From a virus: 64,000 bases of DNA. Shown piece after piece: positions 53,822 through 62,804 of this stretch (positions within the stretch are counted from its first letter, which is position 1; every line of letters starts with the position of its first letter). The stretch is taken from positions 40,086-104,085 of IMG/VR virus record IMGVR_UViG_3300032397_000006; one strand, given 5' to 3'. A model generated the notes under the pieces. That model made no database searches. It was given only the letters and a program-made list of their open reading frames with translations, and had not been told where the DNA came from. Made by a program: the position numbers and the translations under genes.

Positions 53822-54088
53822 TCATTCGCCTGGATGGCGGTAGTCGATCGCCATCACGAAGGGAGCAGCCTCCCCGCGAGCAGCGGCCTCGCTTTTGTGC
53901 GCCTTCACGAAAGCTTGCGCGTCTTTTTTGGCACGGAACAGCACTTGCTCGCCTGCGGCGTACACAAACCGCTTTTCCGGTACATCGCAGATTTTCGAAG
54001 TCACTCCGTTACAAACCGAAACAAGCTCAGTCGCAGGGATCACCTGTTCAAACGAGCGCACACAAACCACGATTGCCTTTGCCATCAC
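53822..54088 (-). CDS. Small hypothetical protein (cassette gene)
   Basis: Follows repeat RBS. Confidence 0.6.
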   Translation of the reverse strand: MMAKAIVVCVRSFEQVIPATELVSVCNGVTSKICDVPEKRFVYAAGEQVLFRAKKDAQAFVKAHKSEAAARGEAAPFVMAIDYRHPGE

Positions 54089-54091
54089 AAC

Positions 54092-54137
54092 ACCTTCCCT
54101 TCGATCTAGTTATCGCATATCTCGATAAGCCGCGCAC
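54092..54137 (-). promoter_or_regulatory. Repeated promoter/operator/RBS element, copy 8
   Basis: GTGCGCggcttatcgagatatgcGATAACtagatcgaagggaaggt. Confidence 0.8.
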
Positions 54138-54143
54138 CTGAAA

Positions 54144-54611
54144 TCAACCGAGTGAGGCGATTACCTCGAGTTGCCGCGGCGAGGGCGCTTTGCCTGACCT
54201 GATCTGCCCCGCTACCGATTCCGCGAACATGCCAGGAAATCCTGGGCGCGCTGACATGCCGTCAAGCCTCTCGAGCAGCGATGCGAACCGCTCGCGCATC
54301 GCTGCCGCCTTGGCTGCCTTCCGGGCCTTCCTGAGCTCGCGTTCGTGTTTCTTCTGCCAGTCCTCGACTCGCTTCTGCATGCCTGCACCGCCCGCGCTCA
54401 GGGCGCAGTCGCACCCCACCTTGAAGCGAGCTCCACACGCACCCTGCAGCTGCGCGGCATACATGATCGAGGCGCCGCAGTAGTCGCACGATCCACCAGG
54501 CTTGATCGGCTCACCAGGCGCCGCCTGAAACTTGTGCTCGCTCACACCGAGAAATCTGTACGGGGCCTTGCCTAGCCCCGCCTTTTCGAACTTGTGCACC
54601 ATTTCGTCCAT
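54144..54611 (-). CDS. Zn-binding hypothetical protein (cassette gene)
   Basis: GLGKAPY...CDYCG...FKVGCDC. Confidence 0.7.
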   Translation of the reverse strand: MDEMVHKFEKAGLGKAPYRFLGVSEHKFQAAPGEPIKPGGSCDYCGASIMYAAQLQGACGARFKVGCDCALSAGGAGMQKRVEDWQKKHERELRKARKAAKAAAMRERFASLLERLDGMSARPGFPGMFAESVAGQIRSGKAPSPRQLEVIASLG

Positions 54612-54618
54612 CTCGCTA

Positions 54619-54664
54619 CCCGTCCCTTCGATCTAGTTATCGCATGTCGCGATAAGGCTTGCAC
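54619..54664 (-). promoter_or_regulatory. Repeated promoter/operator/RBS element, copy 9
   Basis: GTGCAAgccttatcgcgacatgcGATAACtagatcgaagggacggg. Confidence 0.8.
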
Positions 54665-54670
54665 GCGAAA

Positions 54671-54940
54671 TCAGCCCACGACGACGATTTCGATGGCGCG
54701 TGTCGGGTTTCCGTCCAGCAAACGAAGGACGTTGGCCTGCAGTCTGTTAGGGTGCCGCGCCCACAACGTCTTACGCTTGCCCGCTTTGTAGCCGTTCGTG
54801 AATTCGAGCGTAACGGCCACGTTGTGGCAGTAGTCCGCGCCTAGCTCTTTAATCTCGGTCACTTTGGCCGAGGCGTTTTTAGCGATGTCCAGGGCTTTGC
54901 AGCCCCTGGAAATTTTGACTTTTGCTCCGACTGTAATCAT
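54671..54940 (-). CDS. Small SH3-like hypothetical protein
   Basis: MITVGAKVKI...; ATG overlaps the upstream stop. Confidence 0.6.
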   Translation of the reverse strand: MITVGAKVKISRGCKALDIAKNASAKVTEIKELGADYCHNVAVTLEFTNGYKAGKRKTLWARHPNRLQANVLRLLDGNPTRAIEIVVVG

Positions 54941-55260
54941 ACGCCCCCCGCCTCTTTCTCGAGCTTCGCCGCGCAGCGTCCCGCCCACTCGCCCGCGGCA
55001 TGCTGATCGTCCTCGTCGAGAGCTGCATCCCAGCACGCTACGGCGATCTCCCACTCTTGCTCTGCGGAGTAGGGCGAGAACACCTCGAGCACGCGGTACG
55101 CGCTCAGCACGCGGATCCAAGGGCGCACCACGCGCCCGACTTCTGCCTCACTCAGGCGACACTGCACCTCGCTCTCGGTACCCTCGAGCAGACCCGAGAC
55201 GTACAACGCTTTGACTCGCACGAACGGGTCAACCCCCGCAGCTGGCTTTTTCGCTTCCAT
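54937..55260 (-). CDS. Hypothetical protein
   Basis: Coupled ORF. Confidence 0.55.
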   Translation of the reverse strand: MEAKKPAAGVDPFVRVKALYVSGLLEGTESEVQCRLSEAEVGRVVRPWIRVLSAYRVLEVFSPYSAEQEWEIAVACWDAALDEDDQHAAGEWAGRCAAKLEKEAGGV

Positions 55261-55263
55261 GAC

Positions 55264-55503
55264 CTACACCGCCTTTTCGAACTTGGGCGCAGTGCCCGAC
55301 GCAGCGCTTGCTTGAGCGTTTTTGATCGCGTCGTGACGTGCTGCCTTCGGAGTCGGGCCCCAACCGATCGCCACCGAGGTCCCGTGGTTGCTCACTTCTG
55401 CTACCCAGGCATACGCGGGATTGCGCCCGTGAAATTCTGCCGCTTTGCTGGCGCGCACGCCCACGCGCCCGGTTACGTTGTTTGAGAATCCCTTCGCCAT
55501 CAC
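55264..55503 (-). CDS. Small hypothetical protein (cassette gene)
   Basis: Follows repeat RBS. Confidence 0.6.
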   Translation of the reverse strand: MMAKGFSNNVTGRVGVRASKAAEFHGRNPAYAWVAEVSNHGTSVAIGWGPTPKAARHDAIKNAQASAASGTAPKFEKAV

Positions 55504-55506
55504 AAC

Positions 55507-55553
55507 ACCTTCCCTTCACTCAAGAGGTTATCGGAGAACGCGATAACTGTCAA
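55507..55553 (-). promoter_or_regulatory. Repeated promoter/operator/RBS element, copy 10
   Basis: TTGACAgttatcgcgttctccgaTAACCTcttgagtgaagggaaggt: consensus -35, 17-bp spacer, TAnnnT -10. Confidence 0.85.
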
Positions 55554-55636
55554 CGCTAAATCAGTGCCCGCTACGTGTGCCTCGCACGCCGCAACGGGAC
55601 TGAAAGGGCGCTCTGTCTGGATCGCCGGCTGCGACA

Positions 55637-56074
55637 CTAGCGCGCAGGGGGGCCCGGAGGCAACACGGGACGCTCCGAATCTCCGGGCAGCGTGAGCAGC
55701 ACGCCCTTGTGCTTCGCCCAGGCCTTGACCGCGATCCAGGCAAACAGCGAGGTCGCACCGCAGAACGTCCAGTAGACCGCGCTCACGATCCAGGCCCAGC
55801 CCTGGCCCTCAGGATCACGCCAGAGCAGCGCGAGCACGAGGCCAGCCGCGATCGGATGCGCGGGTAGCGTCTCGCGGCCCCACCAGAAAAATCCGTGCAG
55901 CCACGCACCGCGCCCTTTGCCGCGAAACAGATAGGCCTGCTCGCGTGTGAATACACGCGTGCTCGCGACCTGTCCGAGCACCGTAAGGATCAGACCCACG
56001 GCGAAAAACGGCCAGTGCTCCGGACTGAGCGCGCCCGCGAGCAATCCCCACAGCGCCTCGCTTAGCTGATCCAC
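55637..56074 (-). CDS. Multi-TM membrane protein (holin-like)
   Basis: About three hydrophobic segments; lies at the end of the tail operon; RBS GGGAGG. Confidence 0.55.
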   Translation of the reverse strand: MDQLSEALWGLLAGALSPEHWPFFAVGLILTVLGQVASTRVFTREQAYLFRGKGRGAWLHGFFWWGRETLPAHPIAAGLVLALLWRDPEGQGWAWIVSAVYWTFCGATSLFAWIAVKAWAKHKGVLLTLPGDSERPVLPPGPPAR

Positions 56075-56084
56075 TGAACCTCCC

Positions 56085-58841
56085 TTACGCCCACGCGGCG
56101 ACTAGATTCATTTGCGGCGTCGTGTTCCACCCGACGACGAAACCCGGCATTCCTGAGTCGTGAATGATGCGCCCGTCATTGCTCAGATCGTTGCCCATGA
56201 ATACCACGCGCGCGGGATCGCCGAGCTCGACAACCGTCCACGTTGCACCGGGAGGATTCAGCACCGTGTTGTCTCTAAACCGCACGACACTGCCCGTCTC
56301 GATCTTCGTATTAGCCTTGAATAGGCGCGCCGTATTGCTCGCAAAGGCGTCGAAAGTATTCCCGTCGAACGTGATCACCGAACGGGTCGGATTGATAAAC
56401 AGTAAGCCGTACGTGCAGGTTTCGAAATGGCAATTCAGCACTGAGAACCGTGACGCGTAGGTCGAGGTGTCGGTACCCGACTGCGCGATAGCCGCGGCCA
56501 GCACAGTGCCCGGGAAATACTGGAATGTGCACTTGCTAATGTGCACGTCAAAGCAGCGCGACGTGATCACGCCGAACATTTCGCTTGTGCCGTTCGACCA
56601 TACTGTCTTGTTGCTATTGCCTGCCAGCGTGGAGCAAGCGAATACGCATTTGTCGACCTTCACATCGTGCACGCGCGTTAGGTTCACGTGCCGAACGTCA
56701 GGCACGTAGGCTGCAGCGTCTGAGCTCGTGACGCGGCCAAATTGGCAATTGCTGATCGAAATATTCGACGTGGTGTAGCCCGTGTAATGCGCGTCGTGCA
56801 CAAACGACAGATAATAGAGCCGCCGAATGGGCGCAAATCCGGTATCGACGGGAAACGTCACGGATTCGAAAGTGCAGTTTTCAACCGAGCAGCTTACGGC
56901 GCCGTTCTTTAGCTTTACGCCACCCGAGTCGATCTGCGGGCAGCCATCCCATACGCAATTCTTGAATGAGATACTGCGCATGAAACAGGAAGTAAGGCCT
57001 GAGGTGATCGTAGTTGTGCTCAGCTTCGTTTCGCCGAACACGCACCACCCGGTGCCCTCTGCGCCGTTGTAGCCCGCGAGCACGTTGTGTCTGCTCGCGG
57101 ACGCGAAAGATCCAGACACCCGAAATACGCAGTTATTGAAGCCTATTTGCTCAGATCCGTTCGTCTGATCCACGCCGCTGTTACCGAGCAGGATCAAATT
57201 GGAATCGGCCCACGCTACGTAATTGCAATTTTCGAAGGTGACAGCGGCTGCGCCTCGCATGTCTACGCAGGCTTCTCTATTGACGCTTGCTGCCGTGGTG
57301 TTTCCGCCGTAGAAAAATTCGCAGTTCTTGAATAGCGCCTTATTGCTGAATGTCGTAGCGTTCGCGATTAGCGTGGTCGTACCGCGCCAAAAACGCATGT
57401 AGCCGTCGACATGAAAAGGCGTGGCGTTGATCGTCACGTCGAGCGTGCCGAACCTGCAGTTTTCAACAACGAGCCCGTCTATCTCGGAGTAGACCGGATC
57501 CGCAGAGATTCGGATTTCTCCGTAGATCTCCGAATTACGCCATTTAGACTGCGTGTGGTTCGCGCTGATCGTCACGCTTTGCGAAGACAGTAAGACGTTA
57601 TCGAGGTGGATGCGCCCGCTGTCTCCGCCGATGAATACAGACGCAGCCGGAACGTTCGCTGTGTGTATGTTGCAGAGTGTGAGAGCTCCCGCGGGCGTTG
57701 CTGTGAAATTGAAGGACGTCGCTGTTTCGGAGAACTTCACAGGTACGCGCTCGTTTGCACCCGCGCCGCTTAGGTCTCCGATAATCTCGATATGCTTCGA
57801 TGTCGTGAGCGTTAGCCCTGTCGTGATCGCCCAGATCTCCGTGTTAGAAATCGCGGTGCGCATCGACTTGAGCCTGATGCGAATTCGCTGCGGTAGTACC
57901 GCCTGCGCAGCTTGAATATGCGTAAGGCACAGCTGCAGCCCAGTCGATCCGCTGAAATCGCCCCACGTAGTAGTACCGTCGCCGATCGTATACTCAAGCG
58001 TGTCGAGCGTTGCGATCGACTTCGTTACGCCGGAGCCCAGCAGATTCGAGGGATCCATGGGCCTGAGCACACGGGAGTGAAAATCCCACTGTCCTGCCGC
58101 GTTCGGTCCTTTCAGATCTTGGATCTGCCGTCCGACCTTACGTAGTGCACTGTAGACGGCATCATTTGTGACGTCTGCTCGAGCAGCGCCGCGGTCGAAA
58201 TCCGGCATGCCGCCCGTGCCGGACTGCGTGGTCTGAAAGTTCGGGAATATGCCTTCGAACAGTAGATCGCGCTTATCCGTGATGGCGCCCGACGTGATGT
58301 TGGCCCCTGTCCACACGACGCTCGCAAGCGTGGTCCACTCGCCGCCCGCAGCGGAGGCCCTGCGTACGATGCTGAGCGTCGGAAGGCGCCTCGTAGGTAC
58401 CGAAGATATGTACTCGAGATTAGTCGAGTCGTTCCAAAACGCGCGATTATCGGACTCGCCATCGGAATACAGGAAAGTCGCCTCGACTACGTACGTACCG
58501 GGAGCGTCTGCCGAAAAGTCGATCGTGTAGGAAGCGTTGCCCTCGAGTGCCGCTTGAGCTCCGCGATCTCCCGCGAGTTGCCCCCTGGTAATGATGCTGC
58601 CGTCGTTCTCTGCAAGGACCGCAGCCCCCGGTTGCGTGCCCGGGTTGAGCCGCACACGCACCGTGAAATCAGGCACTGCTTGCGGCTCGACCTTGAAGCC
58701 TCGAATAATCCCTGTGGTCGTTTCGCTAGTCAGCAGTGCCGCGCGCACCAGTCGTCGAAACTCCCCTACTAAGAAATCATTCTGCGCTTCCATGTCGTTC
58801 TGATCGACGCGCTCTTGATCCTGCCACTTAACGGATTTCAT
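56085..58841 (-). CDS. Tail fibre/spike with right-handed beta-helix
   Basis: Repeated (I/F)xNCxF motifs; N-terminal attachment-like region; start MKSVKWQ. Confidence 0.75.
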   Translation of the reverse strand: MKSVKWQDQERVDQNDMEAQNDFLVGEFRRLVRAALLTSETTTGIIRGFKVEPQAVPDFTVRVRLNPGTQPGAAVLAENDGSIITRGQLAGDRGAQAALEGNASYTIDFSADAPGTYVVEATFLYSDGESDNRAFWNDSTNLEYISSVPTRRLPTLSIVRRASAAGGEWTTLASVVWTGANITSGAITDKRDLLFEGIFPNFQTTQSGTGGMPDFDRGAARADVTNDAVYSALRKVGRQIQDLKGPNAAGQWDFHSRVLRPMDPSNLLGSGVTKSIATLDTLEYTIGDGTTTWGDFSGSTGLQLCLTHIQAAQAVLPQRIRIRLKSMRTAISNTEIWAITTGLTLTTSKHIEIIGDLSGAGANERVPVKFSETATSFNFTATPAGALTLCNIHTANVPAASVFIGGDSGRIHLDNVLLSSQSVTISANHTQSKWRNSEIYGEIRISADPVYSEIDGLVVENCRFGTLDVTINATPFHVDGYMRFWRGTTTLIANATTFSNKALFKNCEFFYGGNTTAASVNREACVDMRGAAAVTFENCNYVAWADSNLILLGNSGVDQTNGSEQIGFNNCVFRVSGSFASASRHNVLAGYNGAEGTGWCVFGETKLSTTTITSGLTSCFMRSISFKNCVWDGCPQIDSGGVKLKNGAVSCSVENCTFESVTFPVDTGFAPIRRLYYLSFVHDAHYTGYTTSNISISNCQFGRVTSSDAAAYVPDVRHVNLTRVHDVKVDKCVFACSTLAGNSNKTVWSNGTSEMFGVITSRCFDVHISKCTFQYFPGTVLAAAIAQSGTDTSTYASRFSVLNCHFETCTYGLLFINPTRSVITFDGNTFDAFASNTARLFKANTKIETGSVVRFRDNTVLNPPGATWTVVELGDPARVVFMGNDLSNDGRIIHDSGMPGFVVGWNTTPQMNLVAAWA

Positions 58842-58854
58842 CTTTTGTGCTCCC

Positions 58855-59862
58855 TCAGGGCAATCCGGCAACTCGAGTTAGTATCGTCACGCGCGTGCCT
58901 GCCGCGCGCACCTGATCGAGCAAGCATTGTAATATCGAGGTACTGTCGGAAAAATAGGCGTACCGATCGCCCGCGTTCACCGTACCTGTGTCCGGAGCGA
59001 GGTAGTGGAACGAATTGCTGGCTGGGCGCCAGTCGATCAGCACCTCAGTTCCGATTGCTCCAGGCGAAGCATTTAGCGTGATCGTGCTGCCTACAAACGA
59101 GCTGAAATAATTGGTGACGCCGAACCTGTGCCCGCGCCTCGTGTTCGTAGTCGCGAGCACCACGCGCAGCACGTGCCCAATCGGGTAAGGCGTCGTGACT
59201 GTGGTGAGTCCGGTTGTAAGGCGGGACAAGCCCCCATTCAGAAAAAACCGCCCCTGCACCGACGTGGCTAAGTCGACATCGACATCGACAAATATCTCGT
59301 ACGTCTTACGCGGGAGCTCGTAAATCTCCCACGACGTGGTGTTGTTGAAATAGGCCGTGAGTACGCGCTCGAATGCCGCGAGCGGCTGTTTCGGTAAATA
59401 GGCGACTGCCTTGATCACACGCCGCCATGTCTCTTGTGGCAAGCCCGCGCATTTATGCAGCCCTAAGTTTCTGCCGATCACGTCTAGGTCGGTGTCCTGC
59501 GCCGTGTCTACAAACAGGCCACGGCTCACCAGATCTCGAGCAGAGCTGTTTCCTGCTACGTCGTAAACAAGGGCCCCTGCAGGGTGCGCCTTTGCTTCGG
59601 TGCCTCGGGCACCTCGTGTCAGCGAAAGGAATTGGAAGTTGCCTGGCACCTGCGTGCGGGAAACCGCTTCTACGACCTCCCCTTCGATCAGCAGTAGCGC
59701 TTGCAGTGTGCCGTCAACGAGCAAACCGAATCCGATCGTGCTCTGCACGATTGCGACACTCGAGGTTGCGGTCAGCGGCGCAACGAGGCGCGTCACTGAC
59801 TGGCCCGCAATACGATCGTCCTCGCCGTGGATCGCCTCCACCACGCTTTGAATCAGCCCCAC
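58855..59862 (-). CDS. Baseplate/tail protein
   Basis: DTAQDTDLDVIGRNLG, LDQVRAAG (baseplate wedge-like motifs). Confidence 0.65.
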   Translation of the reverse strand: MGLIQSVVEAIHGEDDRIAGQSVTRLVAPLTATSSVAIVQSTIGFGLLVDGTLQALLLIEGEVVEAVSRTQVPGNFQFLSLTRGARGTEAKAHPAGALVYDVAGNSSARDLVSRGLFVDTAQDTDLDVIGRNLGLHKCAGLPQETWRRVIKAVAYLPKQPLAAFERVLTAYFNNTTSWEIYELPRKTYEIFVDVDVDLATSVQGRFFLNGGLSRLTTGLTTVTTPYPIGHVLRVVLATTNTRRGHRFGVTNYFSSFVGSTITLNASPGAIGTEVLIDWRPASNSFHYLAPDTGTVNAGDRYAYFSDSTSILQCLLDQVRAAGTRVTILTRVAGLP

Positions 59863-59864
59863 GG

Positions 59865-60353
59865 TTACCCTCCTACGCTCAGCTGCCGCACGCCGAGATT
59901 CCACGCGCGGCCCCATTTGCGCCGCACGTCTTCGGTCTTGAGCTCGTACGCAAAAGGCCGCGCTTCGATCGCGTTGTCGAGCGTGTAAAGCCCGCCGTTC
60001 GTGGTCACCCTCAGGGAGTAGAAGCCCGTCTCAAGCACCGGCATTCCGACATAAAGCTTGCTTGGAGTGAGATCAAATTGCAGGTCTGAGATCGAGGCCT
60101 GCCCCACGACCTGCGTGCCCTGCAAGAGCTCGACAAGGGCGCTCGCGTTGAAGTTGCTGCCCGTGATCAGCACGACCGTCCCGCCGAGCTCGTCTACGAC
60201 ATTGGGCAACGCGCTGTTGATCTGCGGAGGCGCAGCCTGACTCGCGCCCCAAGGTCCTGTGCCCCACTCGCCCGTGCCCCACCCACCGCTCGACACACCC
60301 AGAACAGGCGAAGGCGGAGTCGAGTAGATGATCGTGAAGCTAAAAATGCTCAC
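59865..60353 (-). CDS. IPT/TIG-domain virion protein
   Basis: PQINSALPN...GGTVVLITGSNF; GWGTGEWGTGPWG. Confidence 0.65.
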   Translation of the reverse strand: MSIFSFTIIYSTPPSPVLGVSSGGWGTGEWGTGPWGASQAAPPQINSALPNVVDELGGTVVLITGSNFNASALVELLQGTQVVGQASISDLQFDLTPSKLYVGMPVLETGFYSLRVTTNGGLYTLDNAIEARPFAYELKTEDVRRKWGRAWNLGVRQLSVGG

Positions 60354-60544
60354 GTGAAGGCCTTCGCGTGGACGGCAGCGCGATCGGCAGCCTCGCCGGT
60401 ATGCGTTGCTGCAAACTCAGTAAGGTACGCGGCTGCCGTTTTTGGATCGAGTAGCGCCCCTGGTTTCGTGCGCATGTCATACGCAAAACAAACGCCGGAC
60501 GTGTAAATCACGATCTCTAAAAAATCGAATTGCTCTGTGATCAA
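60350..60544 (-). CDS. Small hypothetical protein
   Basis: Coupled ORF. Confidence 0.45.
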   Translation of the reverse strand: MITEQFDFLEIVIYTSGVCFAYDMRTKPGALLDPKTAAAYLTEFAATHTGEAADRAAVHAKAFT

Positions 60545-60554
60545 CGCGCCCCCC

Positions 60555-61400
60555 TTACTGCAGCCGCACTGCGGCCCCGAAACTGCGCCCCGCTTCGTAA
60601 TTCGAGATCGTACCTGTCAGGCTTTTTGTCCGGAGCTCGAATACGGTGGACACCGCAACGGTCACCAGGGCGCACGCGACACCTTGCAGGCTGTCCGTTG
60701 TGAACCCTGCGGAGCCTGCAAGGGCAGCCTCAGCGCCGACTGCAGCGGCGCCCGTGGCATTGAACCAGCCGAGCTTTGAAAGGCCCGACGACGCGCTGTA
60801 GTTCGCTCGGCAAGCACCGATCAGCAGGTAGGTCCCTGCGGCGAGTGTGAATTGTCCGCGCGTAGCACCCGCTGTTGTGACCACCGCTATTTTCGAGCCC
60901 ACCACGGTAGCGGTGTCGAATTCCACCTGATCTGCGGCAAGCAAGTTCGTGGTCTGGTTTGCCGCAAGCGTTGCAAGTGCGACGTCGGTAAGTAGCTGCG
61001 TTCGCACCGCCGCGAGGATGGCGTTTACCTCAGGCTTCCATCCTTTGCTGGCATCGAATTGGAGGGTCTCCCCTGCACCGGGTAAACGCCACGTGAACGA
61101 TCCGGAGTAGCGAACACCCGCGGCTTGATCGTCCCCGTCGTCGAGCACCGTGCGCGCAGCATCCGTGTAAGTGCTCAGCCGGATCATGTACGTTCCGGGC
61201 AGATCAGGCGTGATCGTCGAAGTCGCCGTGAGGGTCGCGCTCAGCGTGGCAGCGGAGCCCGCGGGCTTATCCACAAGCTCCCACTTCCAGCCCAGGACGC
61301 CGGTATTGTCGAAGTTGCTCAGCGTGATCAGCGTCGCCGCTGCGACCTCGATAGATCCCGTAACAGGCGATCCGGAATTCATGACGATTTGTGCGGCCAT
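60555..61400 (-). CDS. Virion protein with PKD/Ig-like N-domain and C1q-like C-domain
   Basis: WKWELVDKPAGSAATL...TPDLPGTYMIRL; GQFTLAAGTYLL. Confidence 0.6.
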   Translation of the reverse strand: MAAQIVMNSGSPVTGSIEVAAATLITLSNFDNTGVLGWKWELVDKPAGSAATLSATLTATSTITPDLPGTYMIRLSTYTDAARTVLDDGDDQAAGVRYSGSFTWRLPGAGETLQFDASKGWKPEVNAILAAVRTQLLTDVALATLAANQTTNLLAADQVEFDTATVVGSKIAVVTTAGATRGQFTLAAGTYLLIGACRANYSASSGLSKLGWFNATGAAAVGAEAALAGSAGFTTDSLQGVACALVTVAVSTVFELRTKSLTGTISNYEAGRSFGAAVRLQ

Positions 61401-61412
61401 TTTCGCGCGTCC

Positions 61413-62801
61413 TTACAGTATGGAAATTGAAGCGCTCGCGATGCGCGCGACCTGTGCAGGAAGTATTACCTGATCTGCTGCGGGCGAAGATCCGCTCAGA
61501 TTCGAAAGCGTGAAATTCACAACGCCCGTTACGCTCATCACCACTTTGATTATGCTGGCGACGAACACTGCGGCCCCGATATCAAGGCCATTGATGTAGC
61601 CCTGGATTGCGGAAACAACTTCTGCGGTTACCACAGCCAAATCATAACCGTCGTCTACCGAGAGCTGCCCGTCTACGGACTGCAATACTCGAGTAGGAGG
61701 CAGCACGTAAACGCGCGTCGCGCCTGCGCGCACGCCCGGGTAGTTCTGCCGATCGGCAGCGTCCCCGTCGATAACCTTTTGTGCCTCTTGCACGAGTCCC
61801 GTGTAAAAGCGGTAATTCGCTTTCAGGCTTTGCCCTCCAGTAAGCGGAGTAAACAGTTCGACATCTCCGCCCGCAGTATTGACCGCGTAGTCTGTATTGC
61901 GCACGAGCAGTGATCCGTTACGGCGCAATTCGAAGGATCCGTCATCTCGAATCGGGCGCTGATTTGTGCGAAATCGAAACTCGCCGCCCGTTGCAGCTGC
62001 GATCAGGGTGTCATCGCTCGTGACGAAATCAGAGCTGTACACGTCCACTGCTCCGGTGCCGTCGTCGATGTAACAGCTTAGCGATCCGTTGGGCACAACG
62101 GGCTCCACGACGCTTGTAAAGAGCACGCGCTGCCCGTTGTCGAGCTGCACGGCGCGAGCGTAACTCGTGATGGCGAAAACGGTGCCTCGACTCATGCGCT
62201 GCACGTGCTGCTTAATGCGCGCACGAAAGTCAGGATCCGATTCCTGATCACGTCCAGGCGTCGCTGCTGCCGGATTCGTGACCGCTGTGACGCCAGCGAT
62301 CCGCGTTTCCATGCGCGAGATCGCGCCCGCTGCCACGCTGCCGCGTGTGCCTGCGATATCTGCGATCACAGGAATCAGCGCGCTCGTCGTGTTGCCCGGC
62401 GTGATGCTGCCCGAGGCCGTAGTCTTGAAACGGATCGTGCCCGTCGTATCACTCGCTGCGACGAACGATCCTGAGGCGATCGACACCGTGCCCACAGTGC
62501 CAGGCCGACTGAATTGCACGGTGACCACGGCCTTCTGTGCCGCGATCCTCAGTAAGGTGTCGTCAGTCGCGATTTCAGCCGCCCGCGCGTCGAGGTCCGA
62601 TCCCGTAGCGTCGTCGATTGAAAACACGTCACGCAGGCGTGCGAGCTGAAAATATTGCTCCGCGTCCTCGTCTGCGGCAGACGACAGCACGTGGTAGACG
62701 CCTGAATTCTTGCGCAAGCCCGAGAGCCCCGCCCGTGCAATTACGCGCGCTACCATGTCGCGCATGATTTCAACGCGTGTTCGTGGTCTGAAAACAGGCA
62801 C
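61413..62801 (-). CDS. Baseplate J/gp47-like protein
   Basis: ATGSDLD, AG..G.V.AG.I, VTNP....GRDQESD..FRAR, GT..AI, YINGLDIG. Confidence 0.9.
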   Translation of the reverse strand: MPVFRPRTRVEIMRDMVARVIARAGLSGLRKNSGVYHVLSSAADEDAEQYFQLARLRDVFSIDDATGSDLDARAAEIATDDTLLRIAAQKAVVTVQFSRPGTVGTVSIASGSFVAASDTTGTIRFKTTASGSITPGNTTSALIPVIADIAGTRGSVAAGAISRMETRIAGVTAVTNPAAATPGRDQESDPDFRARIKQHVQRMSRGTVFAITSYARAVQLDNGQRVLFTSVVEPVVPNGSLSCYIDDGTGAVDVYSSDFVTSDDTLIAAATGGEFRFRTNQRPIRDDGSFELRRNGSLLVRNTDYAVNTAGGDVELFTPLTGGQSLKANYRFYTGLVQEAQKVIDGDAADRQNYPGVRAGATRVYVLPPTRVLQSVDGQLSVDDGYDLAVVTAEVVSAIQGYINGLDIGAAVFVASIIKVVMSVTGVVNFTLSNLSGSSPAADQVILPAQVARIASASISIL

Positions 62802-62804
62802 GCT

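Noticed and set aside
23626-53825. Shared N-terminal peptide 'SRRAITRLKGRC' in several ORF-track proteins (ORFs ending 23739, 24550, 51253, 51628, 53524, 53825)
   Set aside because: It is the translated promoter/RBS repeat; the true starts lie just downstream.
53481-54664. Repeats as a CRISPR array or integron attC sites
   Set aside because: Spacing is hundreds of bp and contains whole genes, there is no cas or integrase gene, and the repeats carry -35/-10 and RBS signals rather than attC R/L boxes.
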